From assembly GCA_963745235.1 (NCBI GenBank), contig CAVUXE010000044.1:32001-96000 (forward strand): 64,000 nt of DNA, written 5' to 3'. The notes under the pieces are model-generated. The model worked only from the letters and a program-made list of their open reading frames with translations. It was not told where the DNA came from and made no database searches. Made by a program: the position numbers and the translations under genes. Origin of the DNA: an uncultured Spirochaetota bacterium. GTDB lineage: Bacteria; Spirochaetota; Spirochaetia; SZUA-6; Fen-1364. Within the stretch, counting starts at the first letter, position 1, and each line of letters opens with the position of its first letter. This document shows positions 11,249-21,487 of this stretch, in pieces.

Positions 11249-12133
11249 ATGAAGCGAATCCCTTCTCTCCTGGCGCTCGCTGTCCTGGCAGTTTCCGTCC
11301 TCTCGTGCTCTGACAGGGTCCGGGCCAGATTGCCGGTGATTGCCGCGGCCGCAGGGCCGCTGGAACGCTCCGATCCGGGCCCCCTGATACTCTCGTTCGG
11401 CACGTCGGACCCATCTCTTGTGCCGGACGATTACAGCGTTGCGGCGGCAACCGTGATATCGCCTCTGGTTACCGGATGGTCCGCCAGGGAACAGCTCGTG
11501 GGAGATGGCGAGCTTCTTTCCTACGTCCACCCTTTGCTTGGCGCTATCATGGTTGCCGTTCACATAGGTCCGCCTGGTACGGTCACTTTCAACGGCGTAC
11601 TGCGAGACAACGAGAGCCGTTTCACGGCGGTCGTGCACAGGGACGGCACTTTCCAGTTCGACCAGGTCATTGCCGCGACCGTGATCGAAACTGCCAAGCC
11701 GCCTGTTCGGTCGTATCAGGCGTACGCCCATTCGCGTTTCACGGGCGCAATTGCTCCGGACGGCGGGTATGGCGGCCACGGAACGGCCATCAGTCTTGCC
11801 TCTACTGTGGCCTACCCCCATCCTCCCAACCCCGCAATCATCGCGCCGACAGGGACGGAAGGCTACTGCATGACGTATGCCGTGAAATCCGTTCCCTCGA
11901 AATCCTTCTTCGGGATCGAGTTCTACCCCTGGGAAGACGGATATTCGGATTCCGCCCCTGCCACGATTTCTGCTCCCGCCTCCTCCGTCTATGATCGCCA
12001 GGTCACGGCAAAAAGTCGTGATCCGCACTCGGCGTACAGTTACATGTTCTACTGGCGCTCCGGATTTTTCTACCAGATTCCGTGGGGCGCCATCACAAGC
12101 TACGACGTACCAGAAACCTGGGACAGATTCTGA
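11249..12133 (+). CDS. Hypothetical lipoprotein
   Basis: MKRIPSLLALAVLAVSVLSC lipobox-like start; no family recognised. Confidence 0.6.
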   Translation: MKRIPSLLALAVLAVSVLSCSDRVRARLPVIAAAAGPLERSDPGPLILSFGTSDPSLVPDDYSVAAATVISPLVTGWSAREQLVGDGELLSYVHPLLGAIMVAVHIGPPGTVTFNGVLRDNESRFTAVVHRDGTFQFDQVIAATVIETAKPPVRSYQAYAHSRFTGAIAPDGGYGGHGTAISLASTVAYPHPPNPAIIAPTGTEGYCMTYAVKSVPSKSFFGIEFYPWEDGYSDSAPATISAPASSVYDRQVTAKSRDPHSAYSYMFYWRSGFFYQIPWGAITSYDVPETWDRF

Positions 12134-12140
12134 CCCTCCG

Positions 12141-13151
12141 TCAGTTCCGGACCGCTCTCAACTCTTCCAGCTGAGGGGTTCCCAGCAACTTCGCGTTCGC
12201 CGCGGCGTAGTCGAAAGCCGTCTTCCCAAACCTGTCCTTCATTGTCGAGTCCGCCCCAGCGGCAAGCAGAATGGAGACAATTTCGGGATTGTCGTTGAAG
12301 CGAGCGGCAAGCATCAGGGGGGTCGAACCGGAAGTGCTTCTTTCGTCAACGACCGCTCCTGCTTTCAGGAGAATGGAGACAATCTCGGGGTCGCGGGCGT
12401 TCATCGCGGCGAACATGAGCGGCGTCCAGCCCTCCGGCGTCCGGTCTTCAGCCCGGGCCCCTTCCCGCAGCAGCGTCGAGACGACCTCGGGATTCCTTGT
12501 GTTCACGATCGCGAACGTCAAAGCCGTCCAGCCGTCAGGGGTCGTGTCAGCCGTCCTGGCCCCTCCCGCCAGGAGGGCTGAGACGATTGCCGGTTCCGGG
12601 TTGTTTTCCGCCGCCCACATCAGCGGCGTGTACCCATCGGCGTCCCTGTCTTCGATTTTCGCACCCGAGCGCAGAAGGACGGAGATGACCAGCGGATTCG
12701 CGTTGCTCCTGGCCGAAAGCATCAGAGCAGTCACGCCAACGGCCGTCCTGTCATCAACGTGAGCCCCGGCGGCAAGCAGGACGGAGATGACGGCGGGGTT
12801 GGAATTGTACTCCGCCGCCCACATCAAGGGCGTTCCGCCTTTGTAGTCCTTGTCGTCGATCCTCGCGCCCGCCTTCAAGAGAACGGAGATGACCCGCGCG
12901 TCGTGGTTGAAGGCGGCGGCAAGCATCAACGGCGTCAAACCTTCAGTATCGATCTGGTATTGGCGGGCGGCCTCGGCCCGAAACGGCGTGACCTTCCAGA
13001 AGGGAAAGTCGGTTACTTCGACGTCGGCGCCTCGGGCGAGCGCTTCCTGGATTTCCTCGACGGTTGCGGTTCTCACGAGCTCGGAAAAATCCTGAGCGAG
13101 AACAGCACAGGTCGGGGAAAGGAATGCCGCGAGAAGAACGAGCTGTTTCAT
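12141..13151 (-). CDS. Exported ankyrin-repeat protein
   Basis: Signal peptide then about 8 repeats of the type G-x-TPLMxAA...VxxLLxAGA. Confidence 0.92.
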   Translation of the reverse strand: MKQLVLLAAFLSPTCAVLAQDFSELVRTATVEEIQEALARGADVEVTDFPFWKVTPFRAEAARQYQIDTEGLTPLMLAAAFNHDARVISVLLKAGARIDDKDYKGGTPLMWAAEYNSNPAVISVLLAAGAHVDDRTAVGVTALMLSARSNANPLVISVLLRSGAKIEDRDADGYTPLMWAAENNPEPAIVSALLAGGARTADTTPDGWTALTFAIVNTRNPEVVSTLLREGARAEDRTPEGWTPLMFAAMNARDPEIVSILLKAGAVVDERSTSGSTPLMLAARFNDNPEIVSILLAAGADSTMKDRFGKTAFDYAAANAKLLGTPQLEELRAVRN

Positions 13152-13197
13152 GGCAAACGCCGTGGTGTCCTCTTCTTTGAGTATAGCGCAGATCAGA

Positions 13198-13265
13198 AAT
13201 GAGACAAAGTCTCATTGACTCCGCCCTGACTTCTCGCTATATTCGAAGATGATACGTCGTATCAT
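13198..13265 (+). promoter_or_regulatory. Sigma70 promoter flanked by two Zur/Fur-type palindromes
   Basis: AATGAGAC-AAA-GTCTCATT (13198-13216) and ATGATACG-T-CGTATCAT (13249-13265) bracket TTGACT(13215)-N17-TATATT(13238). Confidence 0.8.
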
Positions 13266-13293
13266 TAGCAGACTTCTTCCGGGAGGTGTACCC

Positions 13294-14178
13294 GTGCGCA
13301 AACCGGTTGTTCTCATATCCGTCTTTCTCCTTTTCATGGGCGCGGCGGCGCTGGAGGCGCAGCAGTCGCGCGTGGTCAACGTCGTTGCGGCGGAAAACTT
13401 CTACGGCAACATCGTCAGCCAGATCGGGGGTGACGCGGTCAACGTAACCAGCGTCATGTCCGACCCGAACGTGGATCCGCATGAATACGAATCCAACGTG
13501 GAAGACGCGAAGGCGATAGCCGATGCGGAGCTCGTGGTCGAAAACGGCGCCGGCTACGACGACTGGATGGACAAGCTTCTCTCCGCGTCTCCCGACGCTT
13601 CCCGCGTCGTGCTGAAGGGCTTCGATCTGGCCGTGAAGAAGCTCCCGGACAACGAGCACGTGTGGTACAACGTCGACAATGTGCAGGCAATGGCATCCGC
13701 CATCTCCCGAAGCCTCCAGAAGCTTGTTCCTCAGAGCGCCGCCCTGTTTGCCAGGAACGACCGGGCTTTCCAGGAATCCCTCGCACCCATCCGGCAGAAA
13801 ATGGCGCAGATAGCGGGCAAATATTCAGGCACTCCGATCGGCCTCACGGAGACCATCTTTCTCTATCAGGCGGTCCCGCTCGGGCTGAAGGTCCTCACCC
13901 CTTTCGAGTTCCAGAAGGCCATAGCGGAAGGGAATGATCCGCCCGCCGATACTGTCGTGGAGACCGAGAATCAGATCAAACAAAGGCTGGTCAAGATCCT
14001 CGTTTACAACGAACAGACCATCTCCCCCATCACCACCAAGGCGCAGGCGGACGCCAAAGCGGCCAACGTTCCCATCGTTGGCGTCACGGAGACCATGCCA
14101 CCCGGGGAGACATATCAGACGTGGATGCTTCGCCAGCTGGATGAGCTTCGCAGCGCGCTCATCAGCGCCACCTCATGA
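13294..14178 (+). CDS. znuA: Zn/Mn ABC transporter substrate-binding protein
   Basis: GGAGG RBS and GTG start; VVAAENFYG, DPHEYE, NEHVWY, VGVTETMP. Confidence 0.88.
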   Translation: MRKPVVLISVFLLFMGAAALEAQQSRVVNVVAAENFYGNIVSQIGGDAVNVTSVMSDPNVDPHEYESNVEDAKAIADAELVVENGAGYDDWMDKLLSASPDASRVVLKGFDLAVKKLPDNEHVWYNVDNVQAMASAISRSLQKLVPQSAALFARNDRAFQESLAPIRQKMAQIAGKYSGTPIGLTETIFLYQAVPLGLKVLTPFEFQKAIAEGNDPPADTVVETENQIKQRLVKILVYNEQTISPITTKAQADAKAANVPIVGVTETMPPGETYQTWMLRQLDELRSALISATS

Positions 14179-14972
14179 GCAGTCCCGCGCTGATGCCGGG
14201 GCCCTCGCCCCGGCCCGTCATTTCCGCGGAACGGATTCGCGTGGACCTCGGCGGACGGACAATCCTGACTGACGTCAGCTTCGCCATCGAGGACGGGGAG
14301 CTTGTCGCCATCCTGGGCCCGAACGGCGCGGGGAAGAGCACGCTGTTGAAAGTGGTCCTGGGGCTCATACGGCCCGTGACGGGCCGGGTTTCCGTGCTCG
14401 GCACGCCGGCCGGAAGAGCGAACGCCCGCATTGGCTACGTGCCTCAGTTCCGGGCCATCGAGGCGGAAACGACGCTTCGCGCGCGGGACGTGGTGCGCTT
14501 CGGCCTGGACGGGAACCGCTGGGGACCGGGCTGGCCGAGCCGCGCCCGGGAAAGGCGCATAGACGCGGTCCTGGAGGAAGTGGACGGGCGTGAGCTTGCA
14601 AAGGCCGCAATGGGTGAGCTTTCCGGCGGCGAGCGCCAGCGGCTCCTCATCGCCCAGGCTCTCTTGAGCGATCCCCGGCTCCTGCTCCTCGACGAGCCGC
14701 TTGCAAGCCTCGACCTGGGCAGGGAGCAGGAGATCATCACCCTGATCAGGCGTGTCTGCCGCTCGCGGGGCGTCGCCGTGCTGTTCGTGACGCATGACAT
14801 CAACCCGCTGCTGCCAGACATCGACAGGGTGTTGTACCTTGCCAACGCCAGGGGCGCCATCGGCCGGCCCGACCAGGTGATCACCCGGGAAACGCTGAGC
14901 GACCTTTACGGCGCACCCGTGGAAGTCGTAAAGACGGGAGGAAGAGTGTTCGTGGTGGGGGCGCGGACATGA
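14175..14972 (+). CDS. znuC: Metal ABC transporter ATPase
   Basis: GPNGAGKSTL, IGYVPQ, LSGGERQR, LLLDEP. Confidence 0.9.
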   Translation: MSSPALMPGPSPRPVISAERIRVDLGGRTILTDVSFAIEDGELVAILGPNGAGKSTLLKVVLGLIRPVTGRVSVLGTPAGRANARIGYVPQFRAIEAETTLRARDVVRFGLDGNRWGPGWPSRARERRIDAVLEEVDGRELAKAAMGELSGGERQRLLIAQALLSDPRLLLLDEPLASLDLGREQEIITLIRRVCRSRGVAVLFVTHDINPLLPDIDRVLYLANARGAIGRPDQVITRETLSDLYGAPVEVVKTGGRVFVVGART

Positions 14973-15820
14973 CGGACGTGATAGCGCTCCTGCGCTACCC
15001 GTTCATCGTGAACGCCCTCGTAACGGGCTCCGCGGTGGCAGTGGCCGCCGCGGCAAGCGGGTACTTCATGGTCTGCCGCAGGGCCACGTTCGCGGGGCAC
15101 GCGCTGCCGAACATCGGTTTCGCCGGGGCGGCCGGGGCGGTGCTCATGGGAATCGAGCCGGTGCTCGGACTTTTCGCCATCACCATTCTTGCGGCCATTG
15201 CCATGGGCGTGCTCGCGCGGGACCTGCGGGACAGGGATGTCACGGTCGGCGTGATCATGACTTTCGCGCTGGGGCTGGGGTTCCTTTTCCTGGCCTTGTA
15301 TTCGGGCTACGCGCAGAGAGTCTACGGCATTCTATTCGGGAGCATCCTCGGGATCAGCGTGCAGGCTTCCCGCTTGACCGTGGCGGCCGCGGCCGCGTCG
15401 CTCGCGGGCCTTGCGCTTCTTTACCGGCCCCTCCTGTTCAGCACTTTCGATCCCGAGCTCGCGGTGGCGCGCGGGGTTCCGGTGTCCCTTCTTTCCGTCC
15501 TGTTCCTGGTCATCCTTGCGGTCATCGCTTCTCTGGCCGTGCAGGTCATGGGCGCGCTTCTGCTGTTCACCCTGCTGGTCGGTCCCGCGGCCACGGCAAC
15601 GAGGATCGTGAAGAGCCCACCCGCGGCAATAGCGCTGGCAACGGGTCTCGGACTGCTCTACGTCTGGTTGGGAACCATGGCCGCCGCTGCAAACGGAACG
15701 ATTCCGGTGAGCTTCTGCATCGCTTCGATCTCCTTCCTCGTCTATCTGCCGGTACGACTTTTTGTTCGTCCGGCCTCGAGACACCGGGAGGCGCCTCGTC
15801 ACCAGAGGCGGACCGCATGA
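14969..15820 (+). CDS. znuB: Metal ABC transporter permease (ABC-3)
   Basis: FAGHAL, LFGSILG, PLLFSTFDPELAVARGVP. Confidence 0.88.
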   Translation: MTDVIALLRYPFIVNALVTGSAVAVAAAASGYFMVCRRATFAGHALPNIGFAGAAGAVLMGIEPVLGLFAITILAAIAMGVLARDLRDRDVTVGVIMTFALGLGFLFLALYSGYAQRVYGILFGSILGISVQASRLTVAAAAASLAGLALLYRPLLFSTFDPELAVARGVPVSLLSVLFLVILAVIASLAVQVMGALLLFTLLVGPAATATRIVKSPPAAIALATGLGLLYVWLGTMAAAANGTIPVSFCIASISFLVYLPVRLFVRPASRHREAPRHQRRTA

Positions 15821-16776
15821 CAATCCAGCTGCTTGCCTCGGACATTTTTCGCAATGCGATGATTGCCGGCACCATTGCTGCCGCCGTTGCCTCTCTCGTG
15901 GGGTATTTTGTAGTCCTTCGTGCCCAGGCTTTCGCGGCGGAGTCGCTTCTGGACGTGTCCTTTGCCGGAGCCACGGGCGCCGCGCTTTTCGGCGTCGCTC
16001 CCGTCCTGGGGGCAGCCATCCTGGGGCTCGGCGCCGCATTTGGCATTGGCGCAATGGGAGAGAGAGCACGGGAACGAGACGTCGAGATCGGGATGGTCGT
16101 CTCCTTTGCCCTCGGCCTCGGGATCTTCTTTCTGAGCCTCTATGCGCGCGGCAGCGCATCGCATGCAACGGCCGGAATGTCCATCCTTTTCGGATCCCTC
16201 CTCAGCGTCCAGCCCCAGGACATCCTGCGCCTCAGCCTCCTCTCTGCCGTCGTGCTCGCGGGGCTTGCCGGAGTTTTTCGTCCGCTTCTCTTTTCGACAA
16301 TAGACCCTGAGGCGGCCCGGGCCCGCGGCGTGCCGGTACGCCTCCTTTCCACCCTTTTCCTTCTCATTCTGGCGCTGGCTGCCGCGGCCGGCGCGCTTGC
16401 CGTGGGGATCCTTCTGGCGGCGGCCCTTCTGATAGCGCCCGCTGCGACGGCCGTGCGCCTGACGCGACGCCCGTCGGCGACGCTTGTGCTCTCCCTGTGC
16501 CTCGGCGTGGGCATCATCTGGGGAGGCATCCTCATTTCATTCCTGTGGCCCGGGCGGCATCCCCCCGTGGGCTTTTCCGTCTCCACGCTGGCGGCAGCCG
16601 TCTACTTCATTGGCGTCGCCGCAAGCCGCAGAGCCTATGCACGCCGGGAGAAAACGATTATCATCGGAGACAGCGCGGAAACAGCCCAATGGACATCGAG
16701 AAAAGAATCAACGAAGCGTTTGCGGAGCTCGGTGAAAGAAAAACCGGGCCCCGGCGTGCCATCGCACAGAACCTGA
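15817..16776 (+). CDS. Second metal ABC permease; 3' end possibly overextended by an indel
   Basis: Paralog of the previous gene (LFGSLLS, PLLFSTIDPEAARARGVP); overlaps the Fur-family gene by 88 nt. Confidence 0.82.
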   Translation: MTIQLLASDIFRNAMIAGTIAAAVASLVGYFVVLRAQAFAAESLLDVSFAGATGAALFGVAPVLGAAILGLGAAFGIGAMGERARERDVEIGMVVSFALGLGIFFLSLYARGSASHATAGMSILFGSLLSVQPQDILRLSLLSAVVLAGLAGVFRPLLFSTIDPEAARARGVPVRLLSTLFLLILALAAAAGALAVGILLAAALLIAPAATAVRLTRRPSATLVLSLCLGVGIIWGGILISFLWPGRHPPVGFSVSTLAAAVYFIGVAASRRAYARREKTIIIGDSAETAQWTSRKESTKRLRSSVKEKPGPGVPSHRT

Positions 16777-17123
16777 TTCGCCTGGGACACTCCGGCTCGG
16801 CGTTTTCAGCGGATGAGCTGCTCCAGAAGCTGCGCCGCACCAACCCGCGCATCGGGAGAGCCACCGTCTACCGATCCATCGACAAGCTGGTGCGGATGAA
16901 GGTGCTGGATCGGATCGAGTTCGCGGACGGAACGCATTCCTTCCGGCTCTGCGAAAGCGACCATCACCACCATCACCTGGCGTGCACGAGATGCCACCGC
17001 GTGGTCGAGCTGGACTTCTGCCTGGAGTCGGACATGATCGCGGCCATCGGGAAGCGGGAGAGCTTCGAGATCGACGACCATTCGATCACCCTCTTCGGTC
17101 TTTGCCGGGAGTGCCGAGACTAG
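16689..17123 (+). CDS. zur: Fur-family regulator, probably Zur
   Basis: IGRATVYRS, HHHHHLACTRC, HSITLFGLCRECR; last gene of the Zn ABC operon. Confidence 0.85.
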   Translation: MDIEKRINEAFAELGERKTGPRRAIAQNLIRLGHSGSAFSADELLQKLRRTNPRIGRATVYRSIDKLVRMKVLDRIEFADGTHSFRLCESDHHHHHLACTRCHRVVELDFCLESDMIAAIGKRESFEIDDHSITLFGLCRECRD

Positions 17124-17124
17124 A

Positions 17125-17922
17125 ATGATGCGCGCGTTTTCCGCCTTGTTCCTCTGCCTCCTCCTGCCCGTGGCAACCCTTCAGGCCGGCACAGGGTTCA
17201 CCCCCGAGTTCTCCCTCTCTGTGGACGACCTGAAGGGAATGACCGCCGACATGCCGCAGGCCGTCCGTGACGGCATCCTGTCCCGGCCGTCCGTGTTCCT
17301 GCAGCTCATGGCCCAGGTCCTGGATCAACCCGCGGACCTCCTTGTGCTCGTTGACAAGGAGCACGGCCTCCCCGCGGACTACGTCCCGAAGGACCTCGTC
17401 CCGCTGAAAGACTACGCCCTGCGGACCACGTGGCCCGACCTCATGCTGCGCAAGGCCATCATGCCCGCCGTGCTCCGGATGGTGCGCGCCGCGCGCGCTG
17501 ACGGGGTGACAGTCACCTTCTCCTCCACCTACCGGTCCTACGACTACCAGCGGGGTCTCTTTGCCCGCGAGGTGAAGATGTACGGGAGGGAGGCGGCGGA
17601 ACGGGAATCCGCGCACCCGGGCTTTTCCCAGCACCAGCTCGGGACGGCAATCGACTTCGGGACCATCAGCGACGGCTATGAGAAGACAAAGGAGGGCCGG
17701 TGGGTGTCCGCCCATGCCTGGGAGTATGGCTTCACCCTCTCCTACCCCGCGGAGTACGAGCGGGTCACCGGGTACCGCTACGAGAGCTGGCATTATCGCT
17801 ACATCACGCGGCCGGGGGCGCAGATGCAGCGGGAGTTCTTTGCCGACGTGCAGCAGTACTTCCTGCAGTTCCTCAACGACAACCGACCCGTGCTCGAGCA
17901 GATGCGGGTGAAGAGAGGCTGA
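17125..17922 (+). CDS. M15B D-Ala-D-Ala carboxypeptidase (VanY-like)
   Basis: STYRSYDYQ, PGFSQHQLGTAID, YESWHYRY. Confidence 0.9.
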   Translation: MMRAFSALFLCLLLPVATLQAGTGFTPEFSLSVDDLKGMTADMPQAVRDGILSRPSVFLQLMAQVLDQPADLLVLVDKEHGLPADYVPKDLVPLKDYALRTTWPDLMLRKAIMPAVLRMVRAARADGVTVTFSSTYRSYDYQRGLFAREVKMYGREAAERESAHPGFSQHQLGTAIDFGTISDGYEKTKEGRWVSAHAWEYGFTLSYPAEYERVTGYRYESWHYRYITRPGAQMQREFFADVQQYFLQFLNDNRPVLEQMRVKRG

Positions 17923-17930
17923 GGGCGCCC

Positions 17931-18185
17931 ATGAGTGAGCCGAGCGAACGTCTCCTCCTTCAGAACGAGGCCGAAGCGTCGCTGCTCCATGGCATCCTGG
18001 AGGAAGACGGCGTTCCGCACATGATCCGCTCCTACCACGACAGGGCGTACGACGGGCTGTGGCAGATGCAGGCGGGATGGGGCTACGTGGAGACCTCGGT
18101 GCGCTTTGCGGGCGGGGTGCGGGCGCTCCTCCAGATGCTTCGGAAGAACCGCCCGTCCTCAGAGCTGGGCAAGGAAGAAGACTAG
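17931..18185 (+). CDS. Small hypothetical protein (DUF2007-like)
   Basis: NEAEASLLHGILEEDGVPHMIRSYHDRAYDG. Confidence 0.6.
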   Translation: MSEPSERLLLQNEAEASLLHGILEEDGVPHMIRSYHDRAYDGLWQMQAGWGYVETSVRFAGGVRALLQMLRKNRPSSELGKEED

Positions 18186-19088
18186 ACCAAACAGAAAGAG
18201 TATTGCCGCCCCGGCAATCTCGATGATCCTGCGGATCTTCGCGTCACGCTTTTCATGAGCGCCCGCCACCGCCTTGATGGCGCCCCTTTTCACCAGGATG
18301 ACCACGGCGCCGGTTGCGCTGATCGTCGTGCCCATTCCCAGGGAAATAGAAGACACCGCAAGGATGCTCACGGCCAGCATGTGAAGGGACAGGGCGAACA
18401 GGACCACGGCCACGGCGCCCGGGCATGGTATGACGCCCGCCGGCAGGGCGATTCCCAGGAGATTCCTCATGGTGAGCTCGTTGCCGGGTCCCGGGGGATG
18501 GTCATGCTCCCCGTGGTCGTGGTGGGCGTGGCTGTGTGCCCTCCCCAGGGATCGCCGGACAAGCATCACGGCGCCGATCGCCGTGATCACCGCGAAGGTG
18601 ACGAGCTGGATCCAGTGATTGGCCTGCTCGACTCCTGTGGCAAAGATGCCGCGGATCAGGTAGTAGAGGACAAGGACGACGGCGAGCGCTGAGAGCGCAT
18701 GAACGGCCGCCACCAGGTACCCGATGATGAAGCTCTGCCGGATCTTTCCGTCATTTGCAAGCAGGAATGATGAAACGATGGTCTTTCCATGCCCCGGGCC
18801 GGCCGCGTGGAAGATGCCGTATGCCAGCGCAAGCGCGGCAACGAGGAGGAGCCCGCCCAGGGATTGCGAGCCTTTGAGGGCGCGGGTCATGCTAGCAAGG
18901 CTCTCGCTGAGCATCTTCTGGACAGGGGCCATCACGGAGAAGATGAAGGCGGAAGCCCCCGAGGTGAGCGATGTGAAAACGCCGCTGGGAGGCCGCGTGT
19001 CCCGCGCGGTGAACGGATTGGGAGCCTCCTGCGCAAAGCAGGTGACGGCGGTGAGGAGAGCGGCAAGAAAAAGCGCGGGTCGCTTCAT
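18159..19088 (-). CDS. NiCoT/RcnA-family metal transporter
   Basis: YGIFHAAGPGHGK, His-rich loop, PCPGA. Confidence 0.88.
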   Translation of the reverse strand: MKRPALFLAALLTAVTCFAQEAPNPFTARDTRPPSGVFTSLTSGASAFIFSVMAPVQKMLSESLASMTRALKGSQSLGGLLLVAALALAYGIFHAAGPGHGKTIVSSFLLANDGKIRQSFIIGYLVAAVHALSALAVVLVLYYLIRGIFATGVEQANHWIQLVTFAVITAIGAVMLVRRSLGRAHSHAHHDHGEHDHPPGPGNELTMRNLLGIALPAGVIPCPGAVAVVLFALSLHMLAVSILAVSSISLGMGTTISATGAVVILVKRGAIKAVAGAHEKRDAKIRRIIEIAGAAILFLFGLVFFLAQL

Positions 19089-19687
19089 GAGATCTCCTTG
19101 AATCGAATGACGAGGTTGTCCGGCATGTACTGCCCGGGCCACAGGGGCTTCACTTTCGTCTTTTCTATGGACAGTCCGACGGAAACGCCGCTGTCGCCCT
19201 TGACGGTGACGTCGTCCGCGTGCATCAGGTCGAAGGCGACGAAGTAGGTGTCGTCATAGACGGTCACCCGCACGGTCTGCTCATCCCCGGTGACGGGAAG
19301 GTCGAGGGGAACGAAGAATGAGTACACCAGCTTGCTGCCTTCCACCACGCTCGGGGTGAACTGCTCGATGCGGATTTTTTTCACCGCCTTCTTGCCGATG
19401 AAAAATGCCAGGAAGTAGTGGTAGTTCTCGAGGTTATCGAAAGCGCCCGCCTTGATGGTGGCGGTCTGTTTCGCGCTGAAGTTCCCGTCCACGTTCGGTT
19501 TGAAGTCCGTGAGGATCATGGCGGAGAACATGTCGTCGAAGGCCCAGCGGAAGGAGATGCCTTTCAGCGTTCCGGCATCGAACAGGACGGTCATCCTGTT
19601 GTTGATGAAGACGTGGGGATGCGCGAAGGCCGAGAACGCCGCCACGAAGGCGAAAAGAAGGACAAACGCCGTCTTGCGGGCCATCAC
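19085..19687 (-). CDS. DUF1007 family periplasmic metal-binding protein
   Basis: Signal peptide then AHPHVFI, WAFDDMFS, VYDDTYFV. Confidence 0.85.
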   Translation of the reverse strand: MMARKTAFVLLFAFVAAFSAFAHPHVFINNRMTVLFDAGTLKGISFRWAFDDMFSAMILTDFKPNVDGNFSAKQTATIKAGAFDNLENYHYFLAFFIGKKAVKKIRIEQFTPSVVEGSKLVYSFFVPLDLPVTGDEQTVRVTVYDDTYFVAFDLMHADDVTVKGDSGVSVGLSIEKTKVKPLWPGQYMPDNLVIRFKEIS

Positions 19688-20568
19688 CCCGCCTCCCGGA
19701 GGGACCCGTGGGCTTCGACGGCGCCGCCGGCCCGGATGCCGAACCGGGACTCGAGGAACGCGTTCAGCCGTCGGGCGGCATCCAGGATGACGCCTTCGGG
19801 CACGCTTTGCCCGGCTCCGAAGCGCTTCATCACCCTGCTGAAATACTCCGGAGCGTACCTGGTCGGCTGCTGCATGAGATAGGCCTGAAACTCGTTGACG
19901 GCAAGGTAGCGATAATCCCCGTCATAGCCCAGCTCATCCAGAAACCTCCTGAAAAAGGCCCGCGCCCGGGGATCCAGGGAGTCCCAGAGCTGAAAGCAGA
20001 ACGCACGATAGTCCGCGGAAGCAAAGAAGATCCCGTGAAAGGATTCATGGGCAAGAAGCAGCCTGCGCTCGATGGCAGAGGAGGCCCGTGAGATCGAAAT
20101 GACGCCTCCCGCTCCGGGGGCATAGCGGTCACGGACCGTCGTGAGGACTCCTTCCTCCAGGGCGATATCCCTGAGGGTGAGCTCTTCAGGGTCGAGGAGG
20201 AAACCCACCCGCGCGGCGGCGTTGAAGAATGACGACAAACCGTCCGGCCCGTAGTCATGGGCATTCCACCCATGCAGCTTTTCCAGCGTGACGTTGTCCA
20301 GGAGCCGCCCGCGGAAGCCCCGCTTCTCCAGGAAGAAAGCCAGCCGGGAGAACATCCGGTCCTGGAAGCGGTAATCCACGGTGTCAAAGATAAGGACGGA
20401 AGGGAATCGGTCCCAGCGATACAGGCGAAAGAGCGGGTCGCCTTGGTCAGGGGGAGCGCTCAGCACCGACTGCAGGGAGGCGAGCGGCTCCGCAGTGACC
20501 CGCGGTGAACCGGCCACGATCGCAACAAGCGCACAGGACAGGACAAGCCAGCGTCTCACGTCAGTCAC
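19684..20568 (-). CDS. Conserved exported hypothetical protein
   Basis: Signal peptide; RLAFFLEKRGFRG, HGWNAHDY, HESFH, VNEFQAYLMQQ; coupled to the DUF1007 gene. Confidence 0.7.
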   Translation of the reverse strand: MTDVRRWLVLSCALVAIVAGSPRVTAEPLASLQSVLSAPPDQGDPLFRLYRWDRFPSVLIFDTVDYRFQDRMFSRLAFFLEKRGFRGRLLDNVTLEKLHGWNAHDYGPDGLSSFFNAAARVGFLLDPEELTLRDIALEEGVLTTVRDRYAPGAGGVISISRASSAIERRLLLAHESFHGIFFASADYRAFCFQLWDSLDPRARAFFRRFLDELGYDGDYRYLAVNEFQAYLMQQPTRYAPEYFSRVMKRFGAGQSVPEGVILDAARRLNAFLESRFGIRAGGAVEAHGSLREAG

Positions 20569-20685
20569 AGCAGCTCTGTACAGCGCCCCTTCACTCTAGA
20601 GTATCGTCACAGAATTGTTCTTGTTCAACCCGTGCACACCGCGGCGCTTGTTGCCCGCCGGGGCATGCGGGGCTACACTGGTCGC

Positions 20686-21483
20686 ATGGACCTTGCCTAC
20701 CGGGACCTCGGCGGCGAGGGGCCGCCCATCGTTTTCCTGCACGGCCTCTTCGGCTCCTCCCAGAACTGGGTCGGAATGGGCCGCCGTCTTTCGGGCCTCG
20801 GCCGCTGCCTGCTCCTGGACCTTCGAAATCACGGGGATTCTCCGCACGCACCCGAGCATTCCCTGGAAAGCTGCGTGGAGGATGTCCTGGAGTGGGCGCA
20901 CCTGCACGCTCCCGGCCCCCTTCGGCTGATCGGTCACTCAATGGGCGGGCTGGTGGCCATGGGGTTCGCCATTCTTCAGCCCGAGACGACTGAGGCCGTC
21001 GTTTCGATCGACATGGCTCCGCGCGGATACCCCCGGGCCCACGAAGCTGAGTTTCGGGCTTTTCATGCGGACATCAGCGCGTGCCGATCACGCGCGGAGC
21101 TGGATGGGCTGCTCGCTCCGCTCCTTGCGGACACGGCAACTCGGCAGTTCATCATGACAAACGCGGTCCGCGACGGCTCCGGCTTTCGGTGGCGGCTGAA
21201 CGTGCCCGCCCTCGAGTCATCCACCATAAGCTCTGACTTCTCGCACGTCAGCGGGCGGTTCGACGGGCCAGCGCTCTTTGTGTCAGGGGGAAGGTCGTCA
21301 TATGTCACACAGGCTGATCTCCTTGTCATGCGCCGGCATTTCCCCGCGGCGGTCATTGAGACCGTCCCCCAGGCGGATCACTGGATTCACATCAGCGCCC
21401 CGGAGGAGCTTGCAGGCATCCTGACGGGTTTTTTCAGCGGCTCGACGGCAGATGCAATAAAAGGGCGGGGTTTCCGTCCTTGA
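20686..21483 (+). CDS. Alpha/beta hydrolase (YbfF-like esterase)
   Basis: LHGLFGSSQNW, DLRNHGDS, GHSMGG, HWIH. Confidence 0.9.
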   Translation: MDLAYRDLGGEGPPIVFLHGLFGSSQNWVGMGRRLSGLGRCLLLDLRNHGDSPHAPEHSLESCVEDVLEWAHLHAPGPLRLIGHSMGGLVAMGFAILQPETTEAVVSIDMAPRGYPRAHEAEFRAFHADISACRSRAELDGLLAPLLADTATRQFIMTNAVRDGSGFRWRLNVPALESSTISSDFSHVSGRFDGPALFVSGGRSSYVTQADLLVMRRHFPAAVIETVPQADHWIHISAPEELAGILTGFFSGSTADAIKGRGFRP

Positions 21484-21487
21484 TGGC

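Noticed and set aside
12141-13151. Periodic ~105 bp DNA repeats as a CRISPR or repeat array
   Set aside because: Explained by ankyrin coding repeats; no identical repeats with spacers and no cas genes in the window
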